64,000 nucleotides of DNA from Octopus sinensis (GCF_006345805.1 NC_043014.1:16182001-16246000); one strand, 5' to 3'; shown: positions 26,861 through 40,619, counted from the stretch's first letter. The notes: generated from the sequence alone by a model not told the origin. A program made the numbers and translations.

Positions 26861-28153
26861 CTACAAAATATTTCAATCAATGAAATGTGCATCTCTTTCT
26901 TGAAAAGGAATGGTGCAACAGATTCAAAAGAGTGACCATCTTATAAATCGCATATTTTATTCATGCCCTTGATTGACTTAAATTGCCCTGGCAGAATTTT
27001 TTTTAGACCATGTTGTTTGCTCAAACGCCACATGTTACAAATCATACCACTTGCGATATTTGACTAGCAGTTGTAGCTGAAAACAATGAAACTTCAGAAA
27101 TGTGTCCCCTGTGCAATGAAATTGATCTTATTGTTGTAGGGTTCGACAGATTCCCCACTATTTCAAGGCTTTTAGGGGCAGATGAGCACATTGTATCCGG
27201 ATGTGAACCTGAAGAACTATGTATGTGAACCTGAAGATTGTTTGTATGAAAGTACTTCATTAAATTGCATGCTCAATGCTAAAGCAAGCTCAAGAATTAT
27301 TCCTGGCAAAATTATAGTGAGTGAAGTATCAAGACAAGTGATGGAAAGTTGTGTCATTTTAGAAAATGGCACCGGATTATGAAGAAGAGAATATGTGGTG
27401 AGTTTTCTGACGCTGAGATTGTTTCGTACTGCAAACATTTTCAACAGATCAGGAAGATCATATTTAAGAAAGAACGTCGCAGTGGCAAGCAAATGAAGTT
27501 GGGCCCTTTCTTTAAGCTAATATCACTGACTCTAACTCCTATTTCACCTTCAACCTCCTATGCATCGCAACCGTTGGCATATAAACCGTGGCCCATTTGT
27601 GAAGATTTGTATATTTCAGAACAAGTCTCAGGTAAATTATTCCTCTTCATCTTTACCTTGAGATAACGAAAAAAAAAAAAAAAGAAGACTTCAAGTACTC
27701 AGCTACACTGAGAAAAAAGTTAAGTAAAAATTACACATAGAATTATTGTTACATGTGTTTGCTAAGATTTCGACTCCAGACTTCGTACATTAACTCCATT
27801 GAATCTCTATGGTACAAGCCTCTGATTTTATCGGGAACTACATTTTACAGAAAACTGTTACAATTTGGCCTTTGATTGGCATATTTCAGAAACGAACACC
27901 ACCTTATTTTAATTTATCAATTACCGTATAGGCCGTAATATAAGATGAACTCTCACATAAGACGCAGCCCTATTTTAAAAGTATATTTTGTCCCTAAATT
28001 CTGTTCCTCATATCTTTTATCTTTTACTTAATTCAGTCTTATATACCTGCAAATAAAATAGTTATGGTTTATGTGCTGCATTTAAAAATTTAAAATTATG
28101 CTTTAATTTTAACTCTTCTGTCTTTTGATGCGATTTATATTGTAAAGTTTACG

Positions 28154-28321
28154 AAATTTTGAAAAAAGATACTCTTAATCTGAAAATCACTGAAACACAC
28201 TTGTACAAGCTGATTATACAATAGTTTGAGGTAAATTGACATTGAAATTGCGTTTGCTCCCAAGCTACTCAAAACAAACACGATACGAAATAGGCACAGT
28301 CCCGTCCGTGCACAAGCGCGT

Positions 28322-28409
<88 letters not shown>

Positions 28410-29012
28410 CGTGCACATTCTCACAGACATGCATACAATCACGAGTTCACGTGCGTGCAAAAACATACTTTCAATTCTCTTCCCGTCTCCACAATCTCTC
28501 AGTATCTAATCAACGACATACCTCTTATGGAGCTGTTCAAAAGAGGTCAAATTTCGAAGAGACAAGTTGCATTTCTTTCCACGTAGTACAACAGTTAATT
28601 TTTCATGGAATTAAGGAAAATGCACCGATGATAACAGCTGTCAGTTTAGTGTCTGGGCATCCGACTTTCTTGACATTTCTACACCCCATTTTATCGTTTA
28701 TCTTTTACATTTTTAATATTGTCATTAAATATGGCCCACAGTGCCACGGTTTTACGTTTTTAATCGTTAGGCTCCGGCCATACTGGGGCATCACATTGAA
28801 GGGCTGAGTCGAACAAATCGACTCCAGTACTAATTTTTTGAAGTCTGGTACTTATCCTATCCTTCTCTTATGTCAGGCCGCTAGATCTCGGGGATGTAAA
28901 CAAACCAGTTGTCAAGCAGTGGTGCAAGGGAACATAGACATACACACATATGTCTATATATATGACAGGTTTCACACAGTTTCCGTTTACCAGATCTATC
29001 CATAAGGCATCA

Positions 29013-29087
<75 letters not shown>

Positions 29088-29194
29088 GGAGTAAACACAT
29101 AAATGTGAAACAAGGTGGAAAAAAGAGTACCCAATACCAGAGGTAGAGTAATATACTTTATTTAAAGGTTGAATTTCTGCTGCTTTTAAATAAA

Positions 29195-29225
<31 letters not shown>

Positions 29226-29231
29226 TATATA

Positions 29232-29264
<33 letters not shown>

Positions 29265-29282
29265 CGTATGTATATATATGCA

Positions 29283-29318
<36 letters not shown>

Positions 29319-30063
29319 GTGTGTGTGTGTGTGCATACACACACACACATGATGATGATGATGATGATCTACTGAAATGTGATGTAATAAATTTAGAACT
29401 TAGTAATGTGGAACATGAAGAGAAGCAAGCTTATCTAAGAAGGATAATTTGTGAAAGAAAAGACGCTCTAGAAGAAATGCAGTTACATGGACAACTCTTA
29501 AAGAGACATCAGGATTGTGAAAAATCGTGGCACTGTGGGCCATATTTAATGGCAATATTAAAAACGTAAAAGATAAAAGATAAAAATGGGGTGCAGAAAT
29601 GTCAAGAAAGTCGGATATCCAGACACTAAACTGACAGCCTGTTATCATCGGTGCATTTTCCTTAATTCCATGAAAAAATCAACTGTTGGACTACGTGGAT
29701 AGACATGCAACTTGTCTCTTCGAAATTTGACCTCTTTTGAACAGCTCCATAAGAGGTATGTCGTTGATTAGATACTGAGAGATTGTGGAGATGGGAAGAG
29801 AATTGAAAGTATGTTTTTGCGTGCACGTGAACTCGTCATTGTATGTATGTCAGTGAAAATGTGGACGCGCGCGAGTGCGTGCTTGCGCACGGACGGGACT
29901 GCGCACGGACGGGACTGCGCCTATTTCGTATCGTGCTTGTTATAGCTTGTGGTGGGGGGTAAACGCAATTTCAATGTCAATTTACCCCAATCTATTGTAC
30001 AGTCAGGTTGTATAAATGTGTTCCAGTAATTTTTAGATTATGGCTACTTTTTTCAAATTTTAT
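28154..30063. repeat. Large inverted repeat: arms ~28154-28753 and ~29521-30063, spacer filled with SINE B and microsatellites
   Basis: CGACATACCTCTTATGGAGCTGTTCAAAAGAGGTCAAATTTCGAAGAGACAAGTTGCAT (~28515) is the reverse complement of ~29705-29765; similarity runs the whole arm. Confidence 0.9.
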
Positions 30064-30477
30064 GTGCGTTGACAGCGGCAAGAAAGCTCTTCAGCTCTTA
30101 TTTCCAGCAGTATAGATGTTCCAACACCCTCAGTTACATTTAATGACAATTATTGTTTTCTTCTTGGTGAAATTCTGCTAACTAGCTGCCTCACTTAATT
30201 ATTTGTGTACACATTAGCGATTCACTAAACCATCCATAAATTATTATGCTGTAGACATATATGCTCGCGGCGATGTTAGTCGGAATCTGGCGATTTGTGC
30301 GGACCCTTCTGGTGATGTTTTTGGTTTAAAGCTGAAACCGTACGATCGCCCCTTGCTGGTATTTTACGATCGCTGCCAGCATGTATGTATACAATTTATA
30401 TGCATTGACAGCTGCAACAGAGCCCTTCAGCTCTTATTTCTAGCAGTGTAGTTGTTATAATACCCTCAGTCATACAA

Positions 30478-30522
<45 letters not shown>

Positions 30523-30660
30523 CCGCTCGCTTAGCCAGCGGGGTGGCGTCATTCGAAGGCTAAAACAATGCGAACGCATTGTGACCAGCGATGTGTAACA
30601 ACATCTGATGGTCTGGTCGGTCACGTGATCACGTGATATATATATATGTGTGTATGTATG

Positions 30661-30930
30661 TGTCTGGGGAGAGTCATTTTCTTTTTTTATAATTTAACAC
30701 ACTCACCGGTAAAATTTCCACTTATTCCTTATTTTTATTTTCCTAAAATTTTCGTTGCGTCTTTCAATCTTTTCAAACGACTATTGAAAAGGTTGCAAGA
30801 CGCAACGAAAATTTTACCGTCAGTGTGTTAAATTATAAGGCACAAAAAAAAAAAATGACTCTCCCCAGACACAATAGAATATGCTTCAACACACGAACTC
30901 ACATAAAGAATCTTGCAAACCAAATCCAAA
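30661..30930. repeat. Fold-back element with hammerhead-like core (Penelope pLTR-like)
   Basis: Arms TGTCTGGGGAGAGTCATTTT (30661) / AAAATGACTCTCCCCAGACA (30852). Core TTGAAAAG-GTTGC-aagac-GCAAC-GAAA at 30784-30810. Tail TGCTTCAACACACGA shared with ~33160 and ~47080. Confidence 0.7.
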
Positions 30931-30938
30931 ACGAAATG

Positions 30939-30987
<49 letters not shown>

Positions 30988-31436
30988 ACGAGGGAGATAA
31001 ATTAATAATTAATTTTAATATCAATTTAAAACCAGTAGTCTAGCATACAAAAAATCTGAAAAATTAGAGAAAATTCTAATACATGTGTATATTTACAGGG
31101 CAATACTGCTAGGTAGTCTGCCGTATGCTAGAAATAGATCATCAACGATCAAACTACAAAGAATGTTCTCTAGAGGAAAAATTCAGCGAACACCAGAACC
31201 AAGTTTGGCGGGCAGGACAGATGAAAATTTATATAAAAAATAGATATATATATATATATATATATATCTGGAGGTGAAACACCTTTCTTCATGTGGTCGG
31301 GTAGAAAAATTAAGACACTATGATATTTTCCTACTTTTCTTACATGAAACTAATGGTAGCCTTAATTCACAAATAAAGGAATTATATCCACCAATGCGGT
31401 GTTGAGCATTCATTTCCATCGTTCGACATTTACCCC

Positions 31437-31495
<59 letters not shown>

Positions 31496-31710
31496 GTAAA
31501 TGTAATATGTGAGAGTTATTCGGTAGCTGTAATAAACTCTGAGTTTCGGATGCTGAGGTGGATGCAGATGGCGGCGTGGATTTCCACTCGCATACGAAAC
31601 TCGGAGTTTTATCATGGCTACCGAATAATTGTCACATATTACATTTACTGATAAATTCCTCTATTTATATAATATCGAGGTCTCTTTCATTCTTTTGTTG
31701 TCTTACCATT
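31496..31710. repeat. Fold-back element (arms 31496-31548/31595-31648) plus flank shared with 44630-44690
   Basis: GTAAATGTAATATGTGAGAGTTATTCGGTAGC.. / ..GCTACCGAATAATTGTCACATATTACATTTAC; TTCCTCTATTT..GAGGTCTCTTTC.TTCTTTTGTT is reversed at ~44645. Confidence 0.75.
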
Positions 31711-31845
31711 TTAATCAATATATATATATATATATAAATATATAGGCCTTGTGTCTATCGTAGAAAGAATTATTATTGTATATGTGCGTGCGTGTGCGTG
31801 TGTGTGTGTACGTGTGTGTGTGAATAAACGCACACACACACACAG

Positions 31846-31877
<32 letters not shown>

Positions 31878-32298
31878 CATTCGTTTTTCTCTTAATCAAA
31901 ATTTGCCTCCCCTTCTTTTTATTATTTTCCAATGCCTTCCCACCATACACATTTCGATATCATACACAAATTTCTTCCTTCTTCCTCTTTCTATCTCTAC
32001 AATTTTCTCCATCATTCGCTCACTATACGTTTTTCATTTTATCACATTACCTCCCTGGTTCTATTATTGAGGTCTCTATTGTAGAGTTCTATCCTACTTC
32101 TTTTCACCTCACCCCATTACTCGCGTTATTTTTTTCTATCTCACTGTTCTTTCTTCCTTGCCGGTATTTCAGTCTGTTCGCATGGCTGCCTGTCTTGTTT
32201 GGTGCTGACTATTTCTCTCTCCAATCTCTCTCTCTCTCTCTCTTTCTGTATGAGTGTGTATGTGATTGTTTGTGCGTTTGTGAGTGTGTACATGTGTC

Positions 32299-32335
<37 letters not shown>

Positions 32336-32545
32336 TCGTGTGTGCATGCGTGTGTGCATGTGTGCATATACAAGTGTGACTGTGTATACATGTGTGTATA
32401 CATGCGTGTATACATACGTGTGTGTGTATATACATGTGATTGCATGTGTGTGTGTTTGAGTGCGTCTGTATATGTGCGTGTGTGTGTTTGAGTGCGTCTG
32501 TACATGTGCGTGTGTGTGCGTGTGTGCGTGCCTTTTGTGTGAGTG

Positions 32546-34435
32546 TAGACAACGTGCGAGGGGTATTTGAAGACATTTATCAGTATATTACTTTCTTCAA
32601 ACTTATCAAAAGGATTTTATTGTATTCAAATCCCCCTTGGCTGGTAAAAAGTTAACACAAGAAATGAAAAGACATGCAGTCATCGTTGCCATGTGGAACA
32701 CAGGGATTTAGAAGTTACCAACTTTCTAAATGGTGCCAGATCTTTCGTAAACAAAATTCAGATGGAATCGAAAGTCTCTGGTGGGAATGTTCCAACTGCA
32801 TCAAACATACAAAAAAAAAAAAAGAAAAAAAGGAAAAGAAAAAAATGTTGTTATATTCAATTTTTTCCTTTTTATTTTCCTGCCAAATAAACACACGCAC
32901 TAGATATTCGTTCTTCACTCGTTTATTATTGTTATTTTATCTTATGTTAATTGTTTGGAAATCATTCGTCACACACCTGTGACCTCTTCAGCGACTCTTC
33001 TATCCCACGTGTCTTCTCCTGTTCAGTTTTGCCCATTCTTAACAGAACATGAGGAGACACGTGGGATGGAAGAGTCGCTGAAGAGGTCACAGGTGTGTGA
33101 CGAAAACTTTCCATTTATTTGGCAAGAAAAAAAATGACCTTCCCAAAATATAACAATAACTGCTTCAACACACGATTTTACATAAGGAATCTTGCAACAC
33201 AAATTTATAAACATAAAAAATAAAAAAAGAAGATTCTAAATGTTCAGATACTATAAGGACTCCGCAATTCATCCAAAGTTCTAAACATTACGATCCCGGA
33301 AATCAATGACTGCTAAAAAAAACTTCAGGTGTCGGACTGAACAATAAAAAGTGTAGTACATGAGGATATTCGATACAAGTCGTATGTACTGAGGAAAGGT
33401 AAAGTTACAGGTCAACTGTTTGATTCGTGCCAAGTGGTTTTCAACAAGGTTAAAAACCCTGCCCTAACATGGAATGCTTTGGTTCTTCTCCGATGGGAAA
33501 AATTTCGACAAAAACCAAAAGTTTAACAGGAGAAGAATCGACAGATGGTTACGCACTGATCGTTCTGATGCCCCCAAAGAGATGCAGACTAAGTTTTCAG
33601 AAATTGTGAAGGTTTTAGAAATGTTGTTGGAAACGAAGGTCACGCTACCTCATATCCTTCAGCAGGGTCTCTTTCTCTCTCTATCTAAATGTGATTGTTT
33701 GTTTGTATGTGTGTGTATGCGCATGCGAGCGTGTGTGCTTATGTGTAAGTGTGCTACTGGATACGCTGAGGTGCTGGAGACAGATAGATAGATGTATATG
33801 CATGTATGTATGTATGCATATGTACCCCACCACACACATACACACAGAGTGCGAGAGGTATTTGAGGACATATTTGTGAATTATGTCTGTGTATGTGCGC
33901 GTATGATCCTAAGAATCAATGCTGCTGGATATATTGAGGTAGTGGAGACAGTTGTTAGGTACCGGATGAATGAAGTACGAGGTGGAAGGTCGTACGTGTT
34001 TTAACAAGACGCAGCACCTTCTCGCAAAACCCACGTAACCCATGAACGGAAGTCAGACAACCTTTACGATCATGTAACACCAAACTTGTGGTCTTCAAAC
34101 TCTCCAGATTTAAATCCCAGGAACACTTCTATGTTTGGAACGTTGTTGAAAGGGAGACTGTTCGACATCCTCACAACACCATATTTTCACTGAAGGCTGC
34201 CGTTGTCCAGACGATGTCCGAAATGAATAAAGGATCATTTAGTGTAGGTATGTCAACAATCGCGGTCTCGCATTGAAGCAGTCGTCGAATCTGAAGTCGT
34301 ATTCATAGAATACTCTTGTAAGAAATGTTATCGAAACCATGAGCAGACATTTTTATTAAAATACATTTGGCTATTGCTAGATTAGAATTGTTTGTTGATT
34401 TACCAAATCTCCTCAAATACCTCTCGCACACTCTG
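32546..34435 (+). mobile_element. DD37D/maT-like (Tc1/mariner superfamily) transposon relic with TIRs, interrupted by a fold-back element and microsatellites
   Basis: N-term RDLEVTNFLNGARSFVNKI; WFFSDGKNFDKNQKFNRRRIDRW; LRINAAGYIEV; YVF*QDAAPS; WSSNSPDLNP. TIR GTGCGAGRGGTATTTGA at 32554 and 33849, inverted at 34410-34435. Confidence 0.8.
32870..33230. repeat. Fold-back element (59-bp arms 32966-33024/33045-33103) with hammerhead-like core
   Basis: Arms differ at three positions; CTGAAGAG-GTCACA-ggtg-TGTGAC-GAAA at 33078-33105. Confidence 0.8.
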
Positions 34436-34519
34436 TGTGCGTGGGTGCGTGCATGTGTGTGTGTGTGTGCACAAATGCATACACATACATACAGACAGAC
34501 AGACATAAATATCTACCTT

Positions 34520-34702
<183 letters not shown>

Positions 34703-35034
34703 GTCTGTCCGCGTGTCTGTCTATATGCCTGCCTACCTGTATGTCTGCCTGCCTGTCAGTCTTACTGCATGTCTGTCTGCTTGCCCGTCTTTCGTTTTGT
34801 CTCTCTCTCTCTCTCTCTCTATACATATATATATATCTACCTACCTATCTAGATCATTCTTGTACCTGTCAGCGCAACTACTGCTTTGTTTCACATGCAA
34901 CACACACACACACACACACATACGCATACGCGCACTCACATGCACACACACACACACACGCATACATGTGTACAGATAGATAGAGATAGGCAGATAGATA
35001 GATAGATAGATAAATAGATAGACAGAAAGAGAGA

Positions 35035-35134
35035 NNNNNNNNNNNNNNNNNNNNNNNNNNNNNNNNNNNNNNNNNNNNNNNNNNNNNNNNNNNNNNNNNN
35101 NNNNNNNNNNNNNNNNNNNNNNNNNNNNNNNNNN
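35035..35134. other. Assembly gap (100 N)
   Basis: Run of n. Confidence 1.
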
Positions 35135-35439
35135 AATATGTATATATAATGTATGTGTGTGTGTATGTTCTATATATAAATATGTATATATAATGTATGT
35201 GTGTGTGTGTGTGTGTTCTATATATAAATAGGTATATATAATGTATGTGTGTGTGTGTGTTCTATATATAAATATGTATATATAATGTATATATACAAAG
35301 CATATATATCTGTATTTATGTATATTAAACATTTTCATATTTTTTCATAGTTATATATATTTTAAAACAAATTATGAATATAATTTCATAATTTTCATTT
35401 TCAATTTAAATAATTTAAAGTTTTCAATTTTATATTTTA

Positions 35440-35941
35440 CTAGCAGTATCGCCCGGCGTTGCTCGGGTTTGTAAGGGAAATAACTATATAAGCATTTTTA
35501 GTGAGTTATAGCAAAAAAAATAGCAAAAAATGCATTAAAGATGGAATAAAAAATGATAGTAATTTCTTTTTTAAATCGTTGACTCATCGTAGACATTTTT
35601 AGAGAGTTACTTCCCTTATATAATAGCGAAAAATGCATTAAAATGGAATAAAAAAATGATGGTAATTTTTTTTTTAATCGTTGACTCATCGTAGACATTT
35701 TTAGAGAGTTACTTCCCTTATATAATAGCGAAAAATGCATTAAAATGGAATAAAAAATTATGGTAATTTTTTTTTTAAATCGTAGACTCATCGTAGACGC
35801 GCGTTAATATCCAGAAGGGCTCGATATGAATCACGACTATAAGATACCCGGTTTTGGTTACACTGCACCGCAAAATGTCGGAGTAGTTAGGAATCTAAAT
35901 CGTAGGAGACAGACACACAACCTTACTTTTATATATAAAGA
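35440..35941 (-). mobile_element. Non-autonomous Helitron, complete, with an internal ~98-bp tandem duplication
   Basis: Minus strand: A|TCTTTATATATAAAAG ... CCCGAGCAACGCCGGG hairpin ... CTAG|T; same family as 44695-45087. Confidence 0.85.
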
Positions 35942-36458
35942 TTTGTGCAACAACTAAAACATTCGGTTGTGCAAATTGTTTGCACAGGAAACCTGCCCTG
36001 TGTGGCGGTTTTTGCCGTTTTTGTGGATCTGTTTCAGCTTTTTTTGCGATTTCTGTTTTGGCGACTTCAAGCCATGAAGTCGTTGTTCTAAAAGAACGCT
36101 GGTCTCCTCCACAACACATTACGACGTTGATTTCCTTACACTCCCTTCCCCACAGCTTCACGAGGGAGGGAAGAAGGGGGAGAAGCAAAACAGGTGCAGG
36201 CGTGAGCGTGGACGCCAACTCCGCCGCCATCGACACACGAAAAAATATGCATTAAAATGGAATAAAAAATGATGTTAAATTATTTTTAAAATCGTACACT
36301 CATCGTAGACGCGTGCTAATACCCAGACGGGCTCGATATGAATCACGACTATAAGATACCCGAATTTGGTTAAACTGCAACGCAAAATTTGGGAGTAGTT
36401 AGGAATCTAAATCGAAGGGGACAGACACTCACACAACTACAGTTTTATATATATAGAT
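35942..36458 (-). mobile_element. Second, 3'-truncated or interrupted copy of the same Helitron family
   Basis: GCTCGATATGAATCACGACTATAAGATACCCG..GGAGTAGTTAGGAATCTAAATCG repeated from ~35820; 5' TCTATATATATAAAA at ~36458. Confidence 0.7.
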
Positions 36459-36600
36459 ATATTTTCTATGTTATATTTTCTTTTTTTATATTTTTGTTTT
36501 TGGTTTTTCACTGTTTGATTTGCCTATTAGTGGTTTTATCTCTAATTTAATTTATACAGATATATATCTCATTTGTATACATTTGTATATATAATGCGTG

Positions 36601-36634
<34 letters not shown>

Positions 36635-37459
36635 CACATATATATATGTGTGCATTACGTAGTCGGTCGATTCACCTGAAAATATGCACACCTATGTTAA
36701 AGGTGCTGACAAGTTTGCATCACAACTATTTTGTTCCTCAAATGAAAGGCGTCACCTCTTGGACAAAATTCCTCATCTTATAAAATGTGGCCCCAGTACA
36801 CCCGAATGAAATCGGGTTATATTAACCAAAATGTGAAAAGGGGTCTAAATGGGGCTGGAAGGGGATTAAAATTTCAAAGAGCGGGTGTTTAGGAATTCTC
36901 TGTTGCATCAAGCTAAAAAATTTGCGCCAGCCTTTTAATCGTCAATGTGTTGCCATCCATGATAAAGAAGTTTTGAATGCTTGCCATGCTGAGTCTACTG
37001 TCGTGAGAAAGAATCACTTCAAAACTTGGTGTTTACGAATTTTCTTTTACATCAAGTTCAAAATTTTACGCCAGCCGTTAAACTGTCACTATGTTGCTGT
37101 CCGTCGTTAACAAATGCCAGCCATGGTGACTCTACTATCCTCAGATTCTATCCCTTCAAATTTTGCTTTCCAATATTTTATTATTTTTATTCAGCTCGCA
37201 AGTTCGTCTGTCCCTTTTGAATGTTAGCGTTTTGCTGTCTGCCTTGAAGCAGACCTTTCCATTGCCACTGCCTCATATTTCTGATTGATCTTTCTAAATA
37301 TTTTATTTCTCAACTTACTCAAGATCTTCTGTTGTTTATAAATGGGAGAGAGATAGATAAAGATAGAGAGTAAGAGAAAGCGAGGGAGAGTCAGAGAGAA
37401 AAGAAAAGTAAGAGAGTGGGAAAGTGAGAGAGAAAGGAGAGAGAAACAAATACGGAGAA

Positions 37460-37760
37460 TCATCATCATCATCATCGTTTAACGTCCATTTTCCGTGCTA
37501 GCACGGGTTGGGCAGTGTGACCGGGGTCTCGGAAGCCAGGAGGCTGCACCAGGCTCCAGTCTGATCTGGCAGTGTTTCTACAGGTGGATGACCTTCATAA
37601 CGCCAACCACACTGTGAGTGTAGTGAGTGATTTATTCGTGCTGCCGGGGGCGCTCGCAGTGGCAACGATCGGTTGGTGCTTTTTACGTGCCACCAGCACA
37701 GAAGCAAGTCAAGGCGGTGCTGCAATCGGCCACGTTCGGATGGTGCTTTTTACGTGCTGA
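37460..37760 (-). mobile_element. RTE-type LINE 3' UTR fragment with (TGA)n tail and internal minisatellite
   Basis: (CAT)n-CGTTTAACGTCC..CTAACGCCAACCAC..GGTGCTTTTTACGTGCCACC. The same family is joined to RTE coding relics at 38700-38860 and 48830-48930. Confidence 0.7.
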
Positions 37761-38569
37761 AAGGAAGCAACAGAAAGTAACACCCACACTCTTACCCGCG
37801 CGTAGAGCGGGTCACCTTCAGCTAGTATATATATATATACATATATACATACATACATATATATATATATACATATGCGCTGTATTTTGCAGCAAACAAG
37901 TGAACACAGAGTATTGTGTAAACATGGGGTGTGCGTGTGCATGATGTATATAATAAACAACAGTTCATAAAGTATTCAATAGAGGGTGTAGATCAAACCA
38001 GAGAACAAATAAAAGAGCAGAGCCAAAATGGAGAGAAATTGCTTGTTGTTTCAGAAATAAACCATGAAATAATATTGTCAAGGCACTGATTAGTTATTGA
38101 TTAGTTCTAGATTGATACTATATTGGCAATAGATTGATAATATTCTTGTATCTTTTGCTTGTTTCAGTTGTTGGACTGTGCTGTGACCATTCTGGGGCAC
38201 CACTTTGGAATGTTTGGTTGGACAAATTGCACCCCAGCCTCTGCCCACCCATTGACCTTTGCGCTTATTTTTATTGGTCACTTTTGTTGAGCTGCTAAGT
38301 TTAGGGGTGTAAACAAACCAACACAACGCACACACACACATATACCAACCACTACACTCATGGAGTGGTTGGCGTTAGGAAGAGCATCCAGCTGTGGAAA
38401 CCTTGCTGGATCAAATTGGAGCCTGGTGCAGCCTCCTGGCTTGCCAGTCCTCAGACCGGCTGTCCAACCCATGCCAGCATGGAAAGCAGACTTTAAACAA
38501 TGACGATGCTGATGACACACAAACATACACATATATATACACATCAAGATAGCCTCACTAATCCTGTAG

Positions 38570-38860
38570 CCATGAATAAACGGCCACGATCGGATGGTGC
38601 TTTTTACATGCCACCGGCACAGAGCCCAGACAAGGCTGGCAACAGCCACAATCGGATGGTGCTTTTTACGTGCAACCAGCATGGAGAGGCCAGTTAGGGC
38701 GGCGCTGGCTCAACAGGTCTTCACGAGTAGAGTTTTGTGTCCCAAGAAGGAAAGGAATGCATAAGTGGATTGGTGTTTCCCTGGCACGAAACCAAACTGC
38801 ATCTCGTACAAGTTGACTCTCTCCCTAATCAGTTGGGCTATGACCCTCTCCGTAACCTCC
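38570..38860 (-). mobile_element. Internally deleted RTE LINE fragment (RT piece joined to 3' UTR repeats)
   Basis: [28 protein letters not shown] (RT domain 2, QFGF motif), followed by GGTGCTTTTTAC repeats. Confidence 0.7.
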
Positions 38861-38995
<135 letters not shown>

Positions 38996-40619
38996 GCATC
39001 CAGGCCACACTGCCAACAGTTTGGCACTAGGAAGGGCACCCCAACCATAAAGGGCATCCCAAAAGCAGACCCTTGAGGACAATGCTGTCTTGGGACCCAT
39101 TTGATTCTGCGAAACCCTAGCCCCACCCATGCCAGCATGGAACATGGGACGTTCAACAATGATGAAAACAAGAGTGGTTGGTCTTATTTTGCCAGTACAT
39201 GGTGACCTCACTGGGGCAGGTGCACCATGTAGAAGAGTGTCCAGTGATAGGAATGGTAACAAGTTGCAGAGACCTTGCCAAGGTAGACATAGAACCTGGC
39301 AGAGCCCTCTGAGTCACATGATCTTGTCGAACCGTCCAACCCATGCCGGCAAGGGAAAAGGAATGTTGGATGATGACAATGATGTATTCTTTTACTTGTT
39401 TCAGTCATTTGACTGCAGCCATGCTGGAGCACCACCTCAAAGAATCTTTATTTGAATTAAATCAACCCCAGGACTTGTACTCTGCAAACTTGGCACTTAT
39501 TCCATCAATCTCTTTTGCCAAACTGATAAGTTATAGGGATGTAAACACACCAACACTGGTTGTCAAAGTGATGGTGAGGGACAAACACAGACAAAAAGAC
39601 ACACATAAATAAATAAATACACATATATATGATGGGATTCTTTCAGTTTCTGTCTACCAAATCCATTCACAAGGCTTTGGTCAGCCTGAGGCTTATATAT
39701 TTCTTTACTGCCCACAAGGGGCTAAACACAGAGGGGACAAACAAGGACAGACTAAGGGATTAAGTCAACTATATCAACCCCAGTGCGAAACTGGTACTTA
39801 TTTAATCGACCCCGAAAAGATGAAAGGCAAAGTCGACCTTGGCGGAATTTGAACTCAGAACGTAATGACAGACGAAATACCGCTAAGCATTTCGCCTGGT
39901 GCGCTAACGTTTCTTCCAGCTCACCACCTGTCATTCTGAGGCTTATAGTAGGAGGCATTTGCCCAAGATGCCATGCAGTGGGACTGATCCTGGAACCATG
40001 CGGTTGGGAATGCTTCTTAGCACAGAGTTACCCCTGCGCTTATCATTAATAATGATCAAGTGCCACAAAAGGCCCGTGGTGGTTAGCTGGTGTCTGAAAG
40101 TGAATTAAAAGGAAAGATGGTAACCACTAGCAGAACATATTCCTTGAAGCTAAAAATTCTAGAACAGCAGCTCCTCATCCCCATCTTTCATTGTGTCTTT
40201 TGCCAGTCCTTAACATTTCTTTGTTGAAGGGCCTTATCTTCTGGGTAAGGTACTGAATACACCAGTGCTGTGGCCAAGCAGAAAGTGCCCAGTACATTCT
40301 ATTCAGGATGGAAGGATGTTTGGAAGGGCACCCAGCTGTAGACACCATGCCAAAACAGCCCTCAAGCTTCTCTGTTCTTGCCAAACAGTCCAACCAATGC
40401 CAACATGGGAAGGTCATTAAATTATGATATATACATACATATATACACATGTAAGCATTAATATGAATGTAATATGTACATGTGTATGTATCGACAATTC
40501 TTTCATTATTTTCAAATTAGATGTTGCTTTCTCCAATAGCAAATATATAACGCCCAATTTTCCGTAATCAACATTATAACATAATCTACACAGAATCTAA
40601 ACAACTATATGCATACAAC

